Notes: a model not told the origin generated them from the sequence alone. DNA of 32,000 bases from Coprobacillaceae bacterium (GCA_963675515.1 OY776328.1:1050001-1082000), one strand, 5' to 3'. Counted from the first letter of the stretch, positions 8,936 through 17,800 are shown. Numbers and translations are program-made.

Positions 8936-10012
8936 TTAAACTTCGTTGATCAATAATTCGCTTTCTTTTGTCGGATTCAAGGCAACTGCTTCAATCCGAG
9001 ACCAGTCTCTGGTTGATCCACTCCATCTTTCCGGGCTCCTCATTTTCGCTTCCTCATACACTTCTTTCCTTTTTTGCAGTATCGCAACATCTTCGCCCCG
9101 ATGACGACTGGCTGGTGTCACATATTTGATTCCGCTGTGTAAGTGAATTTCGTTGTACCAATTGACAAATTCATTGACCCAGCTTCTCGCGTGTGTGATC
9201 GATTCAAAACCGCTTGTAGGGTACTTTGGCATATATTTGAATGTCCTAAACAACGATTCAGAATATGGATTATCGTTGCTTACCCGGGGCCTAGAAAATG
9301 AGCTTTGCACACCAAGATTCTCGAGCATCCCCAGAAATGTGGCTGCCTTCATCGGACCACCGTTATCGGAGTGCAAGACCAGCGGTTCACCATTGACTCG
9401 TTCACTTAAAAGTGCGCGTTGCATCAGTGTCGCGGAATATTCAGCGTTTTCCGTCTCCCATACTTCGTATCCGACAATTTTGCGACTGAAGATGTCCATT
9501 ATCATGTATAGCTTGTAATAGATTCCTCGGATATCCTTGCGGTGCAACCAAGTGATGTCCCAACTCCAAACTTGGTTCGGTTTGATTGCAACATGGGTGG
9601 TGGCTTGTCTGTGGTGCTTCGGGGCTGTACGGCCACGATGTTTCAATTGTTTTAATTCTCTTAATAGACGGTAGATGGTTGATTCTGAAGCAATATAGAT
9701 TCCTTTGTCCGCCAGTAACGGAACAATCTCAGATGGCGTCAATTGCCTATAATCAGGACTGTTAACTATTCTCATAATAGCTTCGCGTTCTTCATTGCTG
9801 AGCTTATTCTTTGGCGGATTTAGCCGTGGTTCTTTACGCCTATCAGTGGAAATATTGTCTTCTTGAGTCCATCTTTCATACGTCCGTTTCGAAATCCCTG
9901 CCACCTTGCATGCCGGGATCAAGCGGGCACCATTGGCGTTCGCTTCTTTGATTAACGTAACGATTTCTTTGCGCAATTTGAGAGTAGTTAATCTTCCTCG
10001 TTGTCGTCCCAA
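8936..10012 (-). CDS. IS3-family transposase OrfB (DDE/rve integrase core), expressed as an OrfAB fusion by -1 frameshifting
   Basis: OrfB is in the -1 phase relative to OrfA ((10464-10012) mod 3 = 2) and is open from the slippery site. Motifs WSWDITW, HSDNGGPM and DNPYSESLFRTFKY are typical of an IS3 DDE domain. Confidence 0.9.
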   Translation of the reverse strand: MGRQRGRLTTLKLRKEIVTLIKEANANGARLIPACKVAGISKRTYERWTQEDNISTDRRKEPRLNPPKNKLSNEEREAIMRIVNSPDYRQLTPSEIVPLLADKGIYIASESTIYRLLRELKQLKHRGRTAPKHHRQATTHVAIKPNQVWSWDITWLHRKDIRGIYYKLYMIMDIFSRKIVGYEVWETENAEYSATLMQRALLSERVNGEPLVLHSDNGGPMKAATFLGMLENLGVQSSFSRPRVSNDNPYSESLFRTFKYMPKYPTSGFESITHARSWVNEFVNWYNEIHLHSGIKYVTPASRHRGEDVAILQKRKEVYEEAKMRSPERWSGSTRDWSRIEAVALNPTKESELLINEV

Positions 10013-10464
10013 ATTGCCTGGAGCTTTTTTTCAAGAACCAGTAATGCAGCTGCCTCGGCTAATGCCTTTTCCTTGCGGCGCAGTTGTTTTTCCAGCTCTT
10101 TGCGCTTTTGCCGTTCGGCTTGCAAGTCATCGTTTAGAGAATCGGACTTGGTTTCAGGGCTTAAGAATTCCTTCTTCCACTTAACCAACTCATCAGGATG
10201 AATCCCTTTTTTGCGGCAATATTCACCGAGCTCATGTTCACTGAGGGGAGCAGATTCAACGATGAAATGGAAACGTTGTTCCTTGTTGTAGCGTTCTTTG
10301 ATTTTAGAAACTGAATGATTTTTGAGGTATCTTCTTTTCCAAGAATATAGTGTAGTCGTCTTGATGCCGGTTTCTTCAGCAATCTGGACAACGGTCTTGT
10401 TAATCGGTGGTTCAACCTCACTGATGATCTTGATTTTCTCTTCTGTCGTATATGTTTTGGTCAT
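9988..10464 (-). CDS. IS3-family transposase OrfA (HTH, leucine-zipper region)
   Basis: It has an HTH-type N-terminus and a K/E-rich coiled-coil C-terminus, with an AAGGAGA RBS. The frame ends shortly after the slippery A AAA AAG (7 T on the + strand at 10025-10031). Confidence 0.9.
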   Translation of the reverse strand: MTKTYTTEEKIKIISEVEPPINKTVVQIAEETGIKTTTLYSWKRRYLKNHSVSKIKERYNKEQRFHFIVESAPLSEHELGEYCRKKGIHPDELVKWKKEFLSPETKSDSLNDDLQAERQKRKELEKQLRRKEKALAEAAALLVLEKKLQAIWDDNEED

Positions 10465-10705
10465 GGCTAGTTCTCCTTGGTATACTTTTACTAAGTATAA
10501 TCTAAAACGTTCTATACGACAACTATCCTAACACAGGGGGATGTCGTATCTTGAAATCGCATTTCATTTTCATTTGATGGATTGCTAGCGTACATCTGGC
10601 AATGATAAAAGTTTACGTCTGATCTCAATGTATAATAGGAGTTTTTTACTTGATTCAACTCACAATTTATTATCTAATTCATATCAGCATGGAGATCATG
10701 TGATT

Positions 10706-10735
10706 TTGACAAAATGCATTGCCTTGTGATAGACT
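10706..10735 (+). promoter_or_regulatory. candidate sigma-A promoter of the pab operon
   Basis: TTGACA (10706-10711), an 18-nt spacer with TG at 10727-10728, then TAGACT (10730-10735). It lies about 70 nt upstream of the pabA ATG. Confidence 0.5.
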
Positions 10736-10806
10736 GAATTGACCAAGTTACGGACCTTCTCATCAGGATAACGACTCTGGTAAAATTGAGAATATGGAGT
10801 AGGTCT

Positions 10807-11412
10807 ATGATTTTTTTACTTGATAATTACGATTCGTTTGTCTATAACCTGGCAGCTTATGTCAGGGAGTTAGGCGAAGAGATAATAGTCAAACGAGCGG
10901 ACGAAGTTGATCTTAAACAGATCAAAGTCATGAATCCCGAAGGAATAATAATTTCACCGGGTCCCAAGCGGCCTGGTGATGCCAAGCTTTCTATCGAGCT
11001 GGTTAGAGAATTCCAGGGCAAGATTCCCTTGCTGGGGGTGTGCCTGGGCCATCAGGTCATTGCTCATTTCTATGGGGCAGACGTCATAAAAGGAAAAGGT
11101 CCGGTTCATGGCAAGGTGACGCCAATCATAAACAATGGCCAGGGTATCTTTTTGGGACTGCCACAAAGGTATGAGGTTACCCGTTATCATTCCCTGGTCG
11201 TCGCCAAGGAATCAATTCCGGAATTTATGAAGATAGATGCCACAACCGAGGATGGCGTGGTGATGGGGATTTCCCATAAGGAGTATCCGGTTTACGGGGT
11301 CCAGTTCCACCCGGAAGCCGTGTTGAGCGAATACGGCCATGAGCTGTTGAACAATTTCATTTATATATGCAAGGATTGGAGGAATGAACATGGCGACCAT
11401 CAGGACCTATAG
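10807..11412 (+). CDS. pabA: aminodeoxychorismate/anthranilate synthase component II (glutamine amidotransferase)
   Basis: MIFLLDNYDSFVYNL, GVCLGHQ and the FHPE triad motifs identify it. A GGAGTAGG RBS precedes ATG 10807. The pab assignment comes from the PabB/PabC context. Confidence 0.9.
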   Translation: MIFLLDNYDSFVYNLAAYVRELGEEIIVKRADEVDLKQIKVMNPEGIIISPGPKRPGDAKLSIELVREFQGKIPLLGVCLGHQVIAHFYGADVIKGKGPVHGKVTPIINNGQGIFLGLPQRYEVTRYHSLVVAKESIPEFMKIDATTEDGVVMGISHKEYPVYGVQFHPEAVLSEYGHELLNNFIYICKDWRNEHGDHQDL

Positions 11413-12763
11413 CGAATATCCGCCAATCAACAGGATCTTCGAGCTCTACAAAGATCAAAGCAATGCGGTCTTTCTCAACTCTTCCCTGCATAATTCCTTG
11501 GGACGCTATTCGATCATCGGGATCCATCCCTACCTGACTCTGGTAAAAGGGGAACGGTTCACTCTCAATGGGGAGATTATGGATTGCAATTTTGAAGATT
11601 TCCTGAAAGATTACCTGGCGGAAAATTTTGAAGAGAACAAGACCCAATTGCCGATCGTATCCGGGGCCATCGGATATTTTTCCTATGACTACGGATTGGA
11701 AAAGGAAGGCATAACATCGAGGCATGCCAGGGAAGTGGACATTCCCGATTGCATCTTCAACTTTTATGATGTGTTCATCATCGAGGACCATCAAGAAAGA
11801 CAATTGCACCTGGTCGCAAATGCCCAGGGCATGGCAAGCGAAGAGCGGCTCAACCTTATCGAGTCGCAGATATTCAATATCGACAAATATGTGCTGCAGC
11901 CTGTTTATGACGATGTCGCGATTGAAGTGGAACCCAATTTTTCCAAGAAGGACTATCTTGACGCACTGGATAAAATGATCAACTACATCATCGAGGGCGA
12001 CATCTATATCGCCAACATGACCCGGCAGCTAAGGATAAAGAGCCCATGTCAGCCATACGAACTGTTCAACAGGCTGGCAACAGTCAACCCGTCACCATTT
12101 GGTAGCTATTGCAATTATGATGGTTTCCAGGTCGTCTGCGCATCCCCGGAACGGTTTTTGAAGATGACCGACCGCCATGTTGTGACCCGGCCGATCAAGG
12201 GAACAAGAAAAAGAGGGGCGAACCAACAGGAAGATTCGAAAATGAGACAGGAACTGGCCGATTCGACCAAAGACAAAAGCGAATTGCTGATGATCGTCGA
12301 CCTGGAAAGAAACGACCTCAACAAGGTATGCGTACCCGGCAGCGTGAAGGTCAGCGAGCTTTGCACGGTGGAGCAGTACGCAACCGTCTTCCATCTTGTT
12401 GCCAATATCGAAGGCGATCTAGAGTCCGGTCTTAGTGCCATGGACCTGATCGAGGCCACATTCCCGGGCGGATCGATCACCGGTGCTCCAAAATACCGGG
12501 CGATGGAAGTGATCGACGAGCTCGAGCACGGTCGTCGTAACCTGTATACCGGATCGATGGGTTACATCTCATTGGATGGCAACTGCGATTTCAATATCGT
12601 CATCCGCACCGCCCTGTATCAGGGGGGCGCCTATCATCTGGGAGTAGGCGGGGGCATAACCTGCGAATCAGTACTTGAGGACGAGCATGAAGAAACGATG
12701 CAAAAAGCTAAAGCGATCTTGGATAGCCTGAAAGTCAAAGAAGCAGCGAGGGATGAGTTATGA
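11390..12763 (+). CDS. pabB: aminodeoxychorismate synthase component I
   Basis: The C-terminal chorismate-binding domain motifs are present (SPERFL, RPIKGT, FPGGSITGAPK, IVIRTA). A GGAGG RBS lies 7 nt before ATG 11390; the ATG at 11384 is too close to it. The gene overlaps the pabA 3' end. Confidence 0.9.
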   Translation: MATIRTYSEYPPINRIFELYKDQSNAVFLNSSLHNSLGRYSIIGIHPYLTLVKGERFTLNGEIMDCNFEDFLKDYLAENFEENKTQLPIVSGAIGYFSYDYGLEKEGITSRHAREVDIPDCIFNFYDVFIIEDHQERQLHLVANAQGMASEERLNLIESQIFNIDKYVLQPVYDDVAIEVEPNFSKKDYLDALDKMINYIIEGDIYIANMTRQLRIKSPCQPYELFNRLATVNPSPFGSYCNYDGFQVVCASPERFLKMTDRHVVTRPIKGTRKRGANQQEDSKMRQELADSTKDKSELLMIVDLERNDLNKVCVPGSVKVSELCTVEQYATVFHLVANIEGDLESGLSAMDLIEATFPGGSITGAPKYRAMEVIDELEHGRRNLYTGSMGYISLDGNCDFNIVIRTALYQGGAYHLGVGGGITCESVLEDEHEETMQKAKAILDSLKVKEAARDEL

Positions 12764-13488
12764 TCTTGGATGATGGATATCAGTTTGGCCTGGGCGCATT
12801 TGAAACGGTAGCGGTATGCGTTGGTGTCCCGATATTTTTGAAGGAACATCTCGACCGGATGGCAAATACCCTGGCGTTTTTGAACATTGAAAACCGGGTC
12901 AGCGAAAACGACGTTTTTGAATATCTGGAGAAAAACCATATCGACAATGGCGGCTTGAAAATCATGGTTTCTAAAAGCAATATAATCTTCACCAGGAGGG
13001 AAAATCCCTACCAGGCGAAGATGTATGAAAAGGGTGCGACCATGGAATTCAGCGATTTCAGGAGAAATGAAACATCTCCTCTGATCTGCCATAAGACCCT
13101 CAACTACGGAGAATGCATCCTGGAAAACCGTAAGGCAAAAGCAATGGGAATTGACGAAATCATTTTCCTGAATACAAAAGGTGAAATATGCGAGGGGACA
13201 GTGTCGAACATCTTCTTTGTCAGGGATGGGGCAATCTACACCCCGGAAAAGTCATGCGGCCTGCTTCCGGGGGTTATCCGGGATTTCGTCCTGGAAAGCG
13301 GACCGGCAACTCAAAGTGTGATAAGACCAGGGGACGAGGAATCGTTTGAGGAATGCTTCATCACCAATTCCCTGATGGGAATAATGCCGGTAAGTAAGCT
13401 TGGCAGCCATGTCTTTTCAAAAAGAGATGTGACAAACAGGATAATGGATCAATACCGGAAAGAACTTGCCAGACAGATATCAAAATAA
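12760..13488 (+). CDS. pabC: aminodeoxychorismate lyase (class IV aminotransferase fold)
   Basis: The start overlaps the pabB stop (ATGA). Class IV motifs are present (FGLGAFET, K in MVSKS, EGTVSNIFF, LPGVIR). The 242-aa size fits PabC. Confidence 0.8.
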   Translation: MILDDGYQFGLGAFETVAVCVGVPIFLKEHLDRMANTLAFLNIENRVSENDVFEYLEKNHIDNGGLKIMVSKSNIIFTRRENPYQAKMYEKGATMEFSDFRRNETSPLICHKTLNYGECILENRKAKAMGIDEIIFLNTKGEICEGTVSNIFFVRDGAIYTPEKSCGLLPGVIRDFVLESGPATQSVIRPGDEESFEECFITNSLMGIMPVSKLGSHVFSKRDVTNRIMDQYRKELARQISK

Positions 13489-13555
13489 CCGTCATGATAT
13501 CGTTTGGTCTGCAAGAAGTGGTATCGGGACCGAAAAAAAGATGACGGATAAGCTA

Positions 13556-13596
13556 AGGCCTATGTCCGCTCACATCATGTGAGTTGGCATAGGCCT
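13556..13596. terminator. bidirectional hairpin between the convergent pabC and ygbA-like genes
   Basis: AGGCCTATG...CATAGGCCT outer stem with an inner CTCACATCATGTGAG palindrome. Confidence 0.7.
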
Positions 13597-13647
13597 GGCT
13601 GTTATTTCGGGATGGAACCACGTTTTCATTACCGGGAAGAACCCAAT

Positions 13648-14037
13648 TCATTTGGATCTGTTGAACAGATGCCATATCGTCAGAAGTCCGTGTCTGATCA
13701 CTTTTAGGGGCATGTGGAATATCATCCTCGGACCGGAGTAGCGCATCACTTTTTTGATCTGTTCCCGCCGGTCATTGGGGTAGCAAGGCGTTTTGCAGGC
13801 GGAGCAGAATGTCTTGGTGGCCATACGGGGACAAGTTGCAGTCCTGGCCAGGGCGAAGGCTGCAAGTTCCTGACAATCGGGGCAAAGCGTGCTTGAATCA
13901 GGATGCCCGTATTTATCAAAATTGCCATCGGTTCTGTGATGGTTTCCTTTGCAGTAGATTTCTATCATGAACCGCAATGTTTCCATCTCCCGGGCCCGTT
14001 TCTTCGCTGTTTTTGGGGATTCCTTACCTTTGTCCAT
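13648..14037 (-). CDS. nitrous oxide-stimulated promoter family protein (YgbA_NO-like, Cys-rich)
   Basis: IEIYCKGNHH...LCPDCQEL...CP...FCSACKTPCY...VMRYSGPRMIFHMP matches the remembered YgbA_NO family pattern. A GAGGTG RBS precedes the MDKGKES start at 14037. The ORF-track start at 14073 is possible but lacks an RBS. Confidence 0.85.
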   Translation of the reverse strand: MDKGKESPKTAKKRAREMETLRFMIEIYCKGNHHRTDGNFDKYGHPDSSTLCPDCQELAAFALARTATCPRMATKTFCSACKTPCYPNDRREQIKKVMRYSGPRMIFHMPLKVIRHGLLTIWHLFNRSK

Positions 14038-14292
14038 GTTGCACCTCGCTTTGTCTGTAGGGATAGTCATCAATCAAACCGGCCGATCCTAAAACAAACG
14101 ACCTCATATAGAAATATCATAATCTTTGGATGCGTTCATGTCAACAGCCACTACCAATCAAATACCATGAGCCGTCCGCTAATGCTTAAAATCCCAGAAA
14201 TGGGCCAACTTTTCATTTTCCCTGGCAGCCAGCATAAATCGTGATACAATATACCTATAATCATTCAAACAATCAATTTAGGAGAACCACAG

Positions 14293-14739
14293 ATGGAAAT
14301 AAGAGAAATAATGCCCCGGGACCGGGATGAGCTGTTTTTGATGATGCGCGAGTTTTACGATTCGCCGGCCGTTATTGAAAATGTCCCGGATGAAATATTG
14401 ATGCAAGACATCGATGACTGCCTTAGCGAGTTGCCTTTTGTCGAGGGCTTTGTCTTCGAAGAAGGCGGGGAGACCATAGGTTATGCCATGATCGCCCTAA
14501 GCTATTCGACCGAGTTTGGCTGCATCTGTGTCTGGGTCGAAGATCTCTATCTGCGCCCGGATGTTCGTGGCCGGGGGTTAAGTGGCGAGTTCTTCACCTT
14601 CTTGGAAAACCGCTACGAAGGACAGCCGGTGCGCTTCCGGCTTGAGGTGGAGCCAGGCAACAAGGATGCCATCGCTGTCTACGAAAAAAACGGCTTTCGC
14701 ACTCTAGGCTATGTCCTGATGACCAAGGAGAAAAAATGA
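14293..14739 (+). CDS. GNAT-family N-acetyltransferase
   Basis: It has the acetyl-CoA motif RGRGLSGEFF and NKDAIAVYEKNGF, is 148 aa long, and has an AGGAGA RBS. Confidence 0.9.
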   Translation: MEIREIMPRDRDELFLMMREFYDSPAVIENVPDEILMQDIDDCLSELPFVEGFVFEEGGETIGYAMIALSYSTEFGCICVWVEDLYLRPDVRGRGLSGEFFTFLENRYEGQPVRFRLEVEPGNKDAIAVYEKNGFRTLGYVLMTKEKK

Positions 14740-14755
14740 CAGATATCAGGCGATT

Positions 14756-14771
14756 ATGATAATATTATCAT
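14756..14771. promoter_or_regulatory. perfect 16-bp palindrome ATGATAATATTATCAT just upstream of the ric promoter (candidate operator)
   Basis: Read directly from the sequence. It lies 5 nt upstream of a TTGATT (14777-14782)-16 nt-TATAAT (14799-14804) promoter. The overlapping 10-mer GATTATGATA (14752-14761) recurs on the sense strand upstream of the ygbA-like gene (reverse complement of 14115-14124). Confidence 0.5.
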
Positions 14772-14846
14772 ATCGATTGATTTCAATCTGAAATGGATTA
14801 TAATCTAGCCATAGATACAAATTGATGACTAGACAAGAGGTGGATT

Positions 14847-15494
14847 ATGATCACTAAAGAAATGAAAATAGAAGAAATAGTCAAGCTAAATCCTGATGCG
14901 ATCGACATCCTGAGCGAATTCAATATCGATTTTTGCTGCGGCGGCTGGCAGGTACTTGAGTATGCGGCTAAAAAGGCGGGGCAGGACCCTGATGAGCTTG
15001 TATCCAGACTCGCAAGCTACAAGCGGACTGACAAGGCTGACGACTGGAGAAAGGTATTGGATTTCAACCGGGAAGAGCTGATCGATTACATCGTGGTAAC
15101 CCATCATCGCAATGAAGAATTGCTTATCGGGGAAGTGGAAAGACTCCTTGCCAAGATTCTCTATGTCCATTACCGCACCCATAATGATACATTGGCACCG
15201 TTATATCGGACTTTCCTGGAACTCAAAGGGGAAATCATGCCCCATTTCGCCCAGGAGGAGAAGATTGACTTTCCTGCTGCAATGGACGAAGAAAATCCCG
15301 ATTGGTCAAGCCTTCGCAATGATCATGAACAGGTTGGAATTATTTTGAAAAAGCTTCAGGAGCTATCCAACGACTTCACGCCGCCTGATGATGCCTGCAA
15401 GACTTACCGTCTGGCCTTTGAGAAGCTCCATGAACTTATCGACGATGTCCATCTTCATGTGTTCCTGGAAAATTCGGTCCTGTTTGAAAAATAA
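14847..15494 (+). CDS. ric: iron-sulfur cluster repair di-iron protein (RIC / ScdA / YtfE family)
   Basis: The N-terminal ScdA_N motif (FNIDFCCGG) is followed by a hemerythrin-like domain with His/Glu ligand motifs (HHRNEE, HFAQEE, HLHVFLEN). A GAGGTGG RBS is present. Confidence 0.9.
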   Translation: MITKEMKIEEIVKLNPDAIDILSEFNIDFCCGGWQVLEYAAKKAGQDPDELVSRLASYKRTDKADDWRKVLDFNREELIDYIVVTHHRNEELLIGEVERLLAKILYVHYRTHNDTLAPLYRTFLELKGEIMPHFAQEEKIDFPAAMDEENPDWSSLRNDHEQVGIILKKLQELSNDFTPPDDACKTYRLAFEKLHELIDDVHLHVFLENSVLFEK

Positions 15495-15506
15495 TTATTA
15501 TCGCTT

Positions 15507-15532
15507 AGGAAGGATTACGTCCTTCCTTTTTT
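15507..15532 (+). terminator. intrinsic terminator after ric
   Basis: AGGAAGGA-ttacg-TCCTTCCT stem-loop followed by a T-run. Confidence 0.85.
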
Positions 15533-15613
15533 GGTTTCAATTTCAGGAAAATCCAGGTTATGGTTATGAAATATTGGCTGATTTGATATAATGGAAACAA
15601 GGGGGATAAATGC

Positions 15614-16267
15614 ATGAAAATCAAAAAAATTACAGCGGGAATCTTTCTGGTGGGCTGCCTGGGAATCGGCGCCTTTGTAGCGGCTGACCGGCTGAATCTG
15701 TTGCCAAAAAAGGCCTATACAAACGAGGATTTCCAGATAGAAACTTATCAAAGTGAAAACGACCAGGACCATGACGGGATCGACGACCAGACTGACCTGC
15801 TCGAGGGCGTTCATGATTATATCGCCACCAAGCCCAAATACAAATCCAAATACTACGCCACCGGTTATCCCGATGATGGCTATGGCGTCTGCACCGACGT
15901 CGTGGCCTTTGGCCTGTTGAGTGCGGGATATGACCTGCAACAGCTCGTCGACCAGGACATCAAAGCCAATCCCGGACTGTACGATGTCGATGCGCCCGAT
16001 GCCAAGATCGACTTCCGCCGGGTCCGCAATCTCCAGGTCTACTTTGGCCATGAAGCCTTGTCCCTGACGTGCGACCTGAGCGAGATTGACCAGTTCCAGG
16101 GAGGCGACATCGTCGTCTTCAAAAACCATATCGGCATCGTTTCCAGCCTGCGCAACGGCGATGGAACTCCTTATCTGATCCACCACGCCGGGGTGTGGCA
16201 GCTTAGATACGAGGAGGATGCGATGGAAAGACAAGGGGAAATCATCGGTCACTATCGCATCAGCTAA
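15614..16267 (+). CDS. DUF1287-domain protein with an N-terminal signal/anchor
   Basis: GVCTDVVAFGLLSAGYDLQQLV...IDFRRVRNLQVYF...GDIVVF..HIGIV...IHH matches the remembered DUF1287 (NlpC/P60-like) pattern. The N-terminus is hydrophobic. A GGGGGA RBS is present. Confidence 0.85.
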   Translation: MKIKKITAGIFLVGCLGIGAFVAADRLNLLPKKAYTNEDFQIETYQSENDQDHDGIDDQTDLLEGVHDYIATKPKYKSKYYATGYPDDGYGVCTDVVAFGLLSAGYDLQQLVDQDIKANPGLYDVDAPDAKIDFRRVRNLQVYFGHEALSLTCDLSEIDQFQGGDIVVFKNHIGIVSSLRNGDGTPYLIHHAGVWQLRYEEDAMERQGEIIGHYRIS

Positions 16268-16300
16268 ATAATAAATATCATTTGGAAACAAGGAGAAGCC

Positions 16301-17119
16301 ATGAACCTGACTCTAAAAGACATATGCCTGGAAATTGAAGATATCATCTATCTGATATCGGGCCACGATCTTGCCAACCTTCAGGATGAAAGACTTATGG
16401 ATGATATGCCGGTGAATCTTATCGTTGGAGTCGACGGCCAGGAAGAATTGGACAGTGCAACAGAATTGACAAGGGGCCATGATCTTAACCTTGTCAGTTG
16501 CAACGGGGAACGCAACCTGGATGACATACCGAATTCGATCCAGGATTTGCTTATGGCCAAACAGGCGCTGCTGTCCCGGCCGGCGGCCCTGTTCGACACG
16601 ATAATCAAGGGTCGGGGCATTCCCTATATCCTGGAAATAGCCGGGGAGCTTCTGGAAAATCCGGTTCTTTTAGGCGATGGCAATCATCGCCTGATCGGGT
16701 CATAGACCTTCGCACCGCTAGATGATGTCCCATGGATGGAATAACGCAATACCGGTTTTTGCACCTACGAGTACACGAAGAAATACCGGTTCGAGTCCTT
16801 CATCGAGGCGTCGGTCAGACAGAACAAGGCCATCATCGGCGATGTCAGTGAACATTTCAAATACCGGCGCATTTTTTCTACTGTGGTCGCTTCCTCCAGG
16901 GAGGTGGGCCATCTGGCAGTGCTGGAATACAACCGCCCCTTCACAACCAAGGACATGGAGATAGCTGAATACATCTGCGAGATTATCGCCAGCGAGATGC
17001 AGGCGACCCAAAACGGGGCGGCCCAGTCAAACCTTATGGCCAACCAGCTGTTCGCCGATTTTCTTGAAGGAAATATCCAGAATGAAAACCTCCTGGAAAA
17101 ACGGCCCGCAAGGCGGTAA
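16301..17119 (+). pseudogene. PucR-like transcriptional regulator, decayed: two in-frame stops and loss of the 3' end (HTH)
   Basis: A single frame reads through TAG 16703-16705 and TAA 16742-16744. The segment ...YRRIFSTVVASSREVGHLAVLEYNRPFTTKDMEIAEYICEIIASEMQ... is typical of the sensor region of clostridial PucR-type regulators. The frame ends abruptly at 17119 with no C-terminal HTH. Confidence 0.65.
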
Positions 17120-17121
17120 GC

Positions 17122-17753
17122 ATTCCATTGTTCAATGCCGGTAACCATACCCCGGAAACAGCAGTTGAGATGATCGAATCGAACCAGGCTGATTTCGTCC
17201 TTTCCGGTCGGCCCTTGATCGCCGAACCGGAAATGGCCAAGAAGCTTTTTGGTGACCGCCGTGATGAGGTAAGACCATGCATCCGTTGCAACGATGACTG
17301 CATCGGATAGATCCTGACCCGCCTGACCAAGATCAGCTGTTCGGTTAATCCTGGCACCGGCTTCGAACGCCGCTTCAAACTTGAAAAGACAACGACTCCT
17401 AAAAAAGTTGTCGTGATCGAAATGCTTGGCGAAGTAGCGATACAGGATCATTTCATCAACAAGGCATCATTGATCCCGATGATGCTAAACAATGGCGTAA
17501 AACTTCATACCAGCCATAAGGTGACTGAAATCCTCGATGACGGTGTCAAGGCCATCAACGCCCAAGGCGAAGAGGTTTTCATTGAGGGGACGACTGTTGT
17601 TTCAGCCTTCGGGATGAAAGCCAACACTGCGATCGCCCAGGCAATCGATGAAAAATTCCATGATAAGGTCAAGCTGATTGGCGACTGCGACAAGGTCGGC
17701 AAAGTCGGGGTGCCGTGCGTGGTGGAATGTATGCGGCCATGAGCCTCGAATAA
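17122..17753 (+). pseudogene. remnant of an Old Yellow Enzyme / 2-enoate reductase-type NADH:flavin oxidoreductase
   Basis: The fragment starts inside the TIM-barrel end (ADFVLSGRPLIAEPEMAKKLFGDRRDEVRPCIRCNDDC) and has an in-frame TAG at 17308-17310. KKVVVI is followed directly by distal sequence, so most of the FAD/NAD domain is missing. A frameshift near the G-run at 17707-17710 puts the expected C-terminus AVRGGMYAAMSLE in frame 0, ending at TAA 17751-17753. Confidence 0.65.
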
Positions 17754-17763
17754 TCTGCAAGGT

Positions 17764-17800
17764 CATCGGATTCCAGTCTTGGAATCCGATGGCTTTTTTT
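17764..17800 (+). terminator. intrinsic terminator
   Basis: CATCGGATTCCA-gtct-TGGAATCCGATG stem-loop followed by GCTTTTTTT. Confidence 0.9.

Larger units (their letters stand above)
8901..10559 (-). mobile_element. IS3-family insertion sequence (ends approximate)
   Basis: It contains an OrfA/OrfB pair with a -1 frameshift motif. An 8-bp terminal inverted match links GATTTCAA (8902-8909) with TTGAAATC (10551-10558), and GCATTT is present just outside both ends. An alternative TG...CA pair of ends at about 8923 and 10534 gives about 10/19 matches. I could not resolve the exact inverted and direct repeats. Confidence 0.7.

Noticed and set aside
10560-10806. A THF or other folate-related riboswitch upstream of pabA
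   Set aside because: I found none of the conserved THF-riboswitch segments I remember. The leader after the candidate promoter is only about 70 nt and has no convincing structure.
14756-14771. Fur, PerR or Zur box interpretation of ATGATAATATTATCAT
   Set aside because: The half-sites resemble TGATAAT/ATTATCA, but the arrangement is 7-0-7. It lacks the central base of the 7-1-7 Fur-family consensus. I kept it only as an unassigned operator candidate.
15515-16291. 258-aa ORF on the minus strand covering the whole DUF1287 gene
   Set aside because: It is antisense to a gene with clear family motifs and an RBS. Its own sequence is low-complexity (D/V/G/I-rich mirror of GAC/GAT-rich codons), and it has no RBS and no recognisable domain.
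16765-17451. 228-aa minus-strand ORF across the regulator/reductase remnants
   Set aside because: The plus strand in the same interval carries recognisable, though decayed, PucR-like and OYE-type sequence. The antisense ORF has no motif and no RBS. It is open only by chance in a region with no selection.
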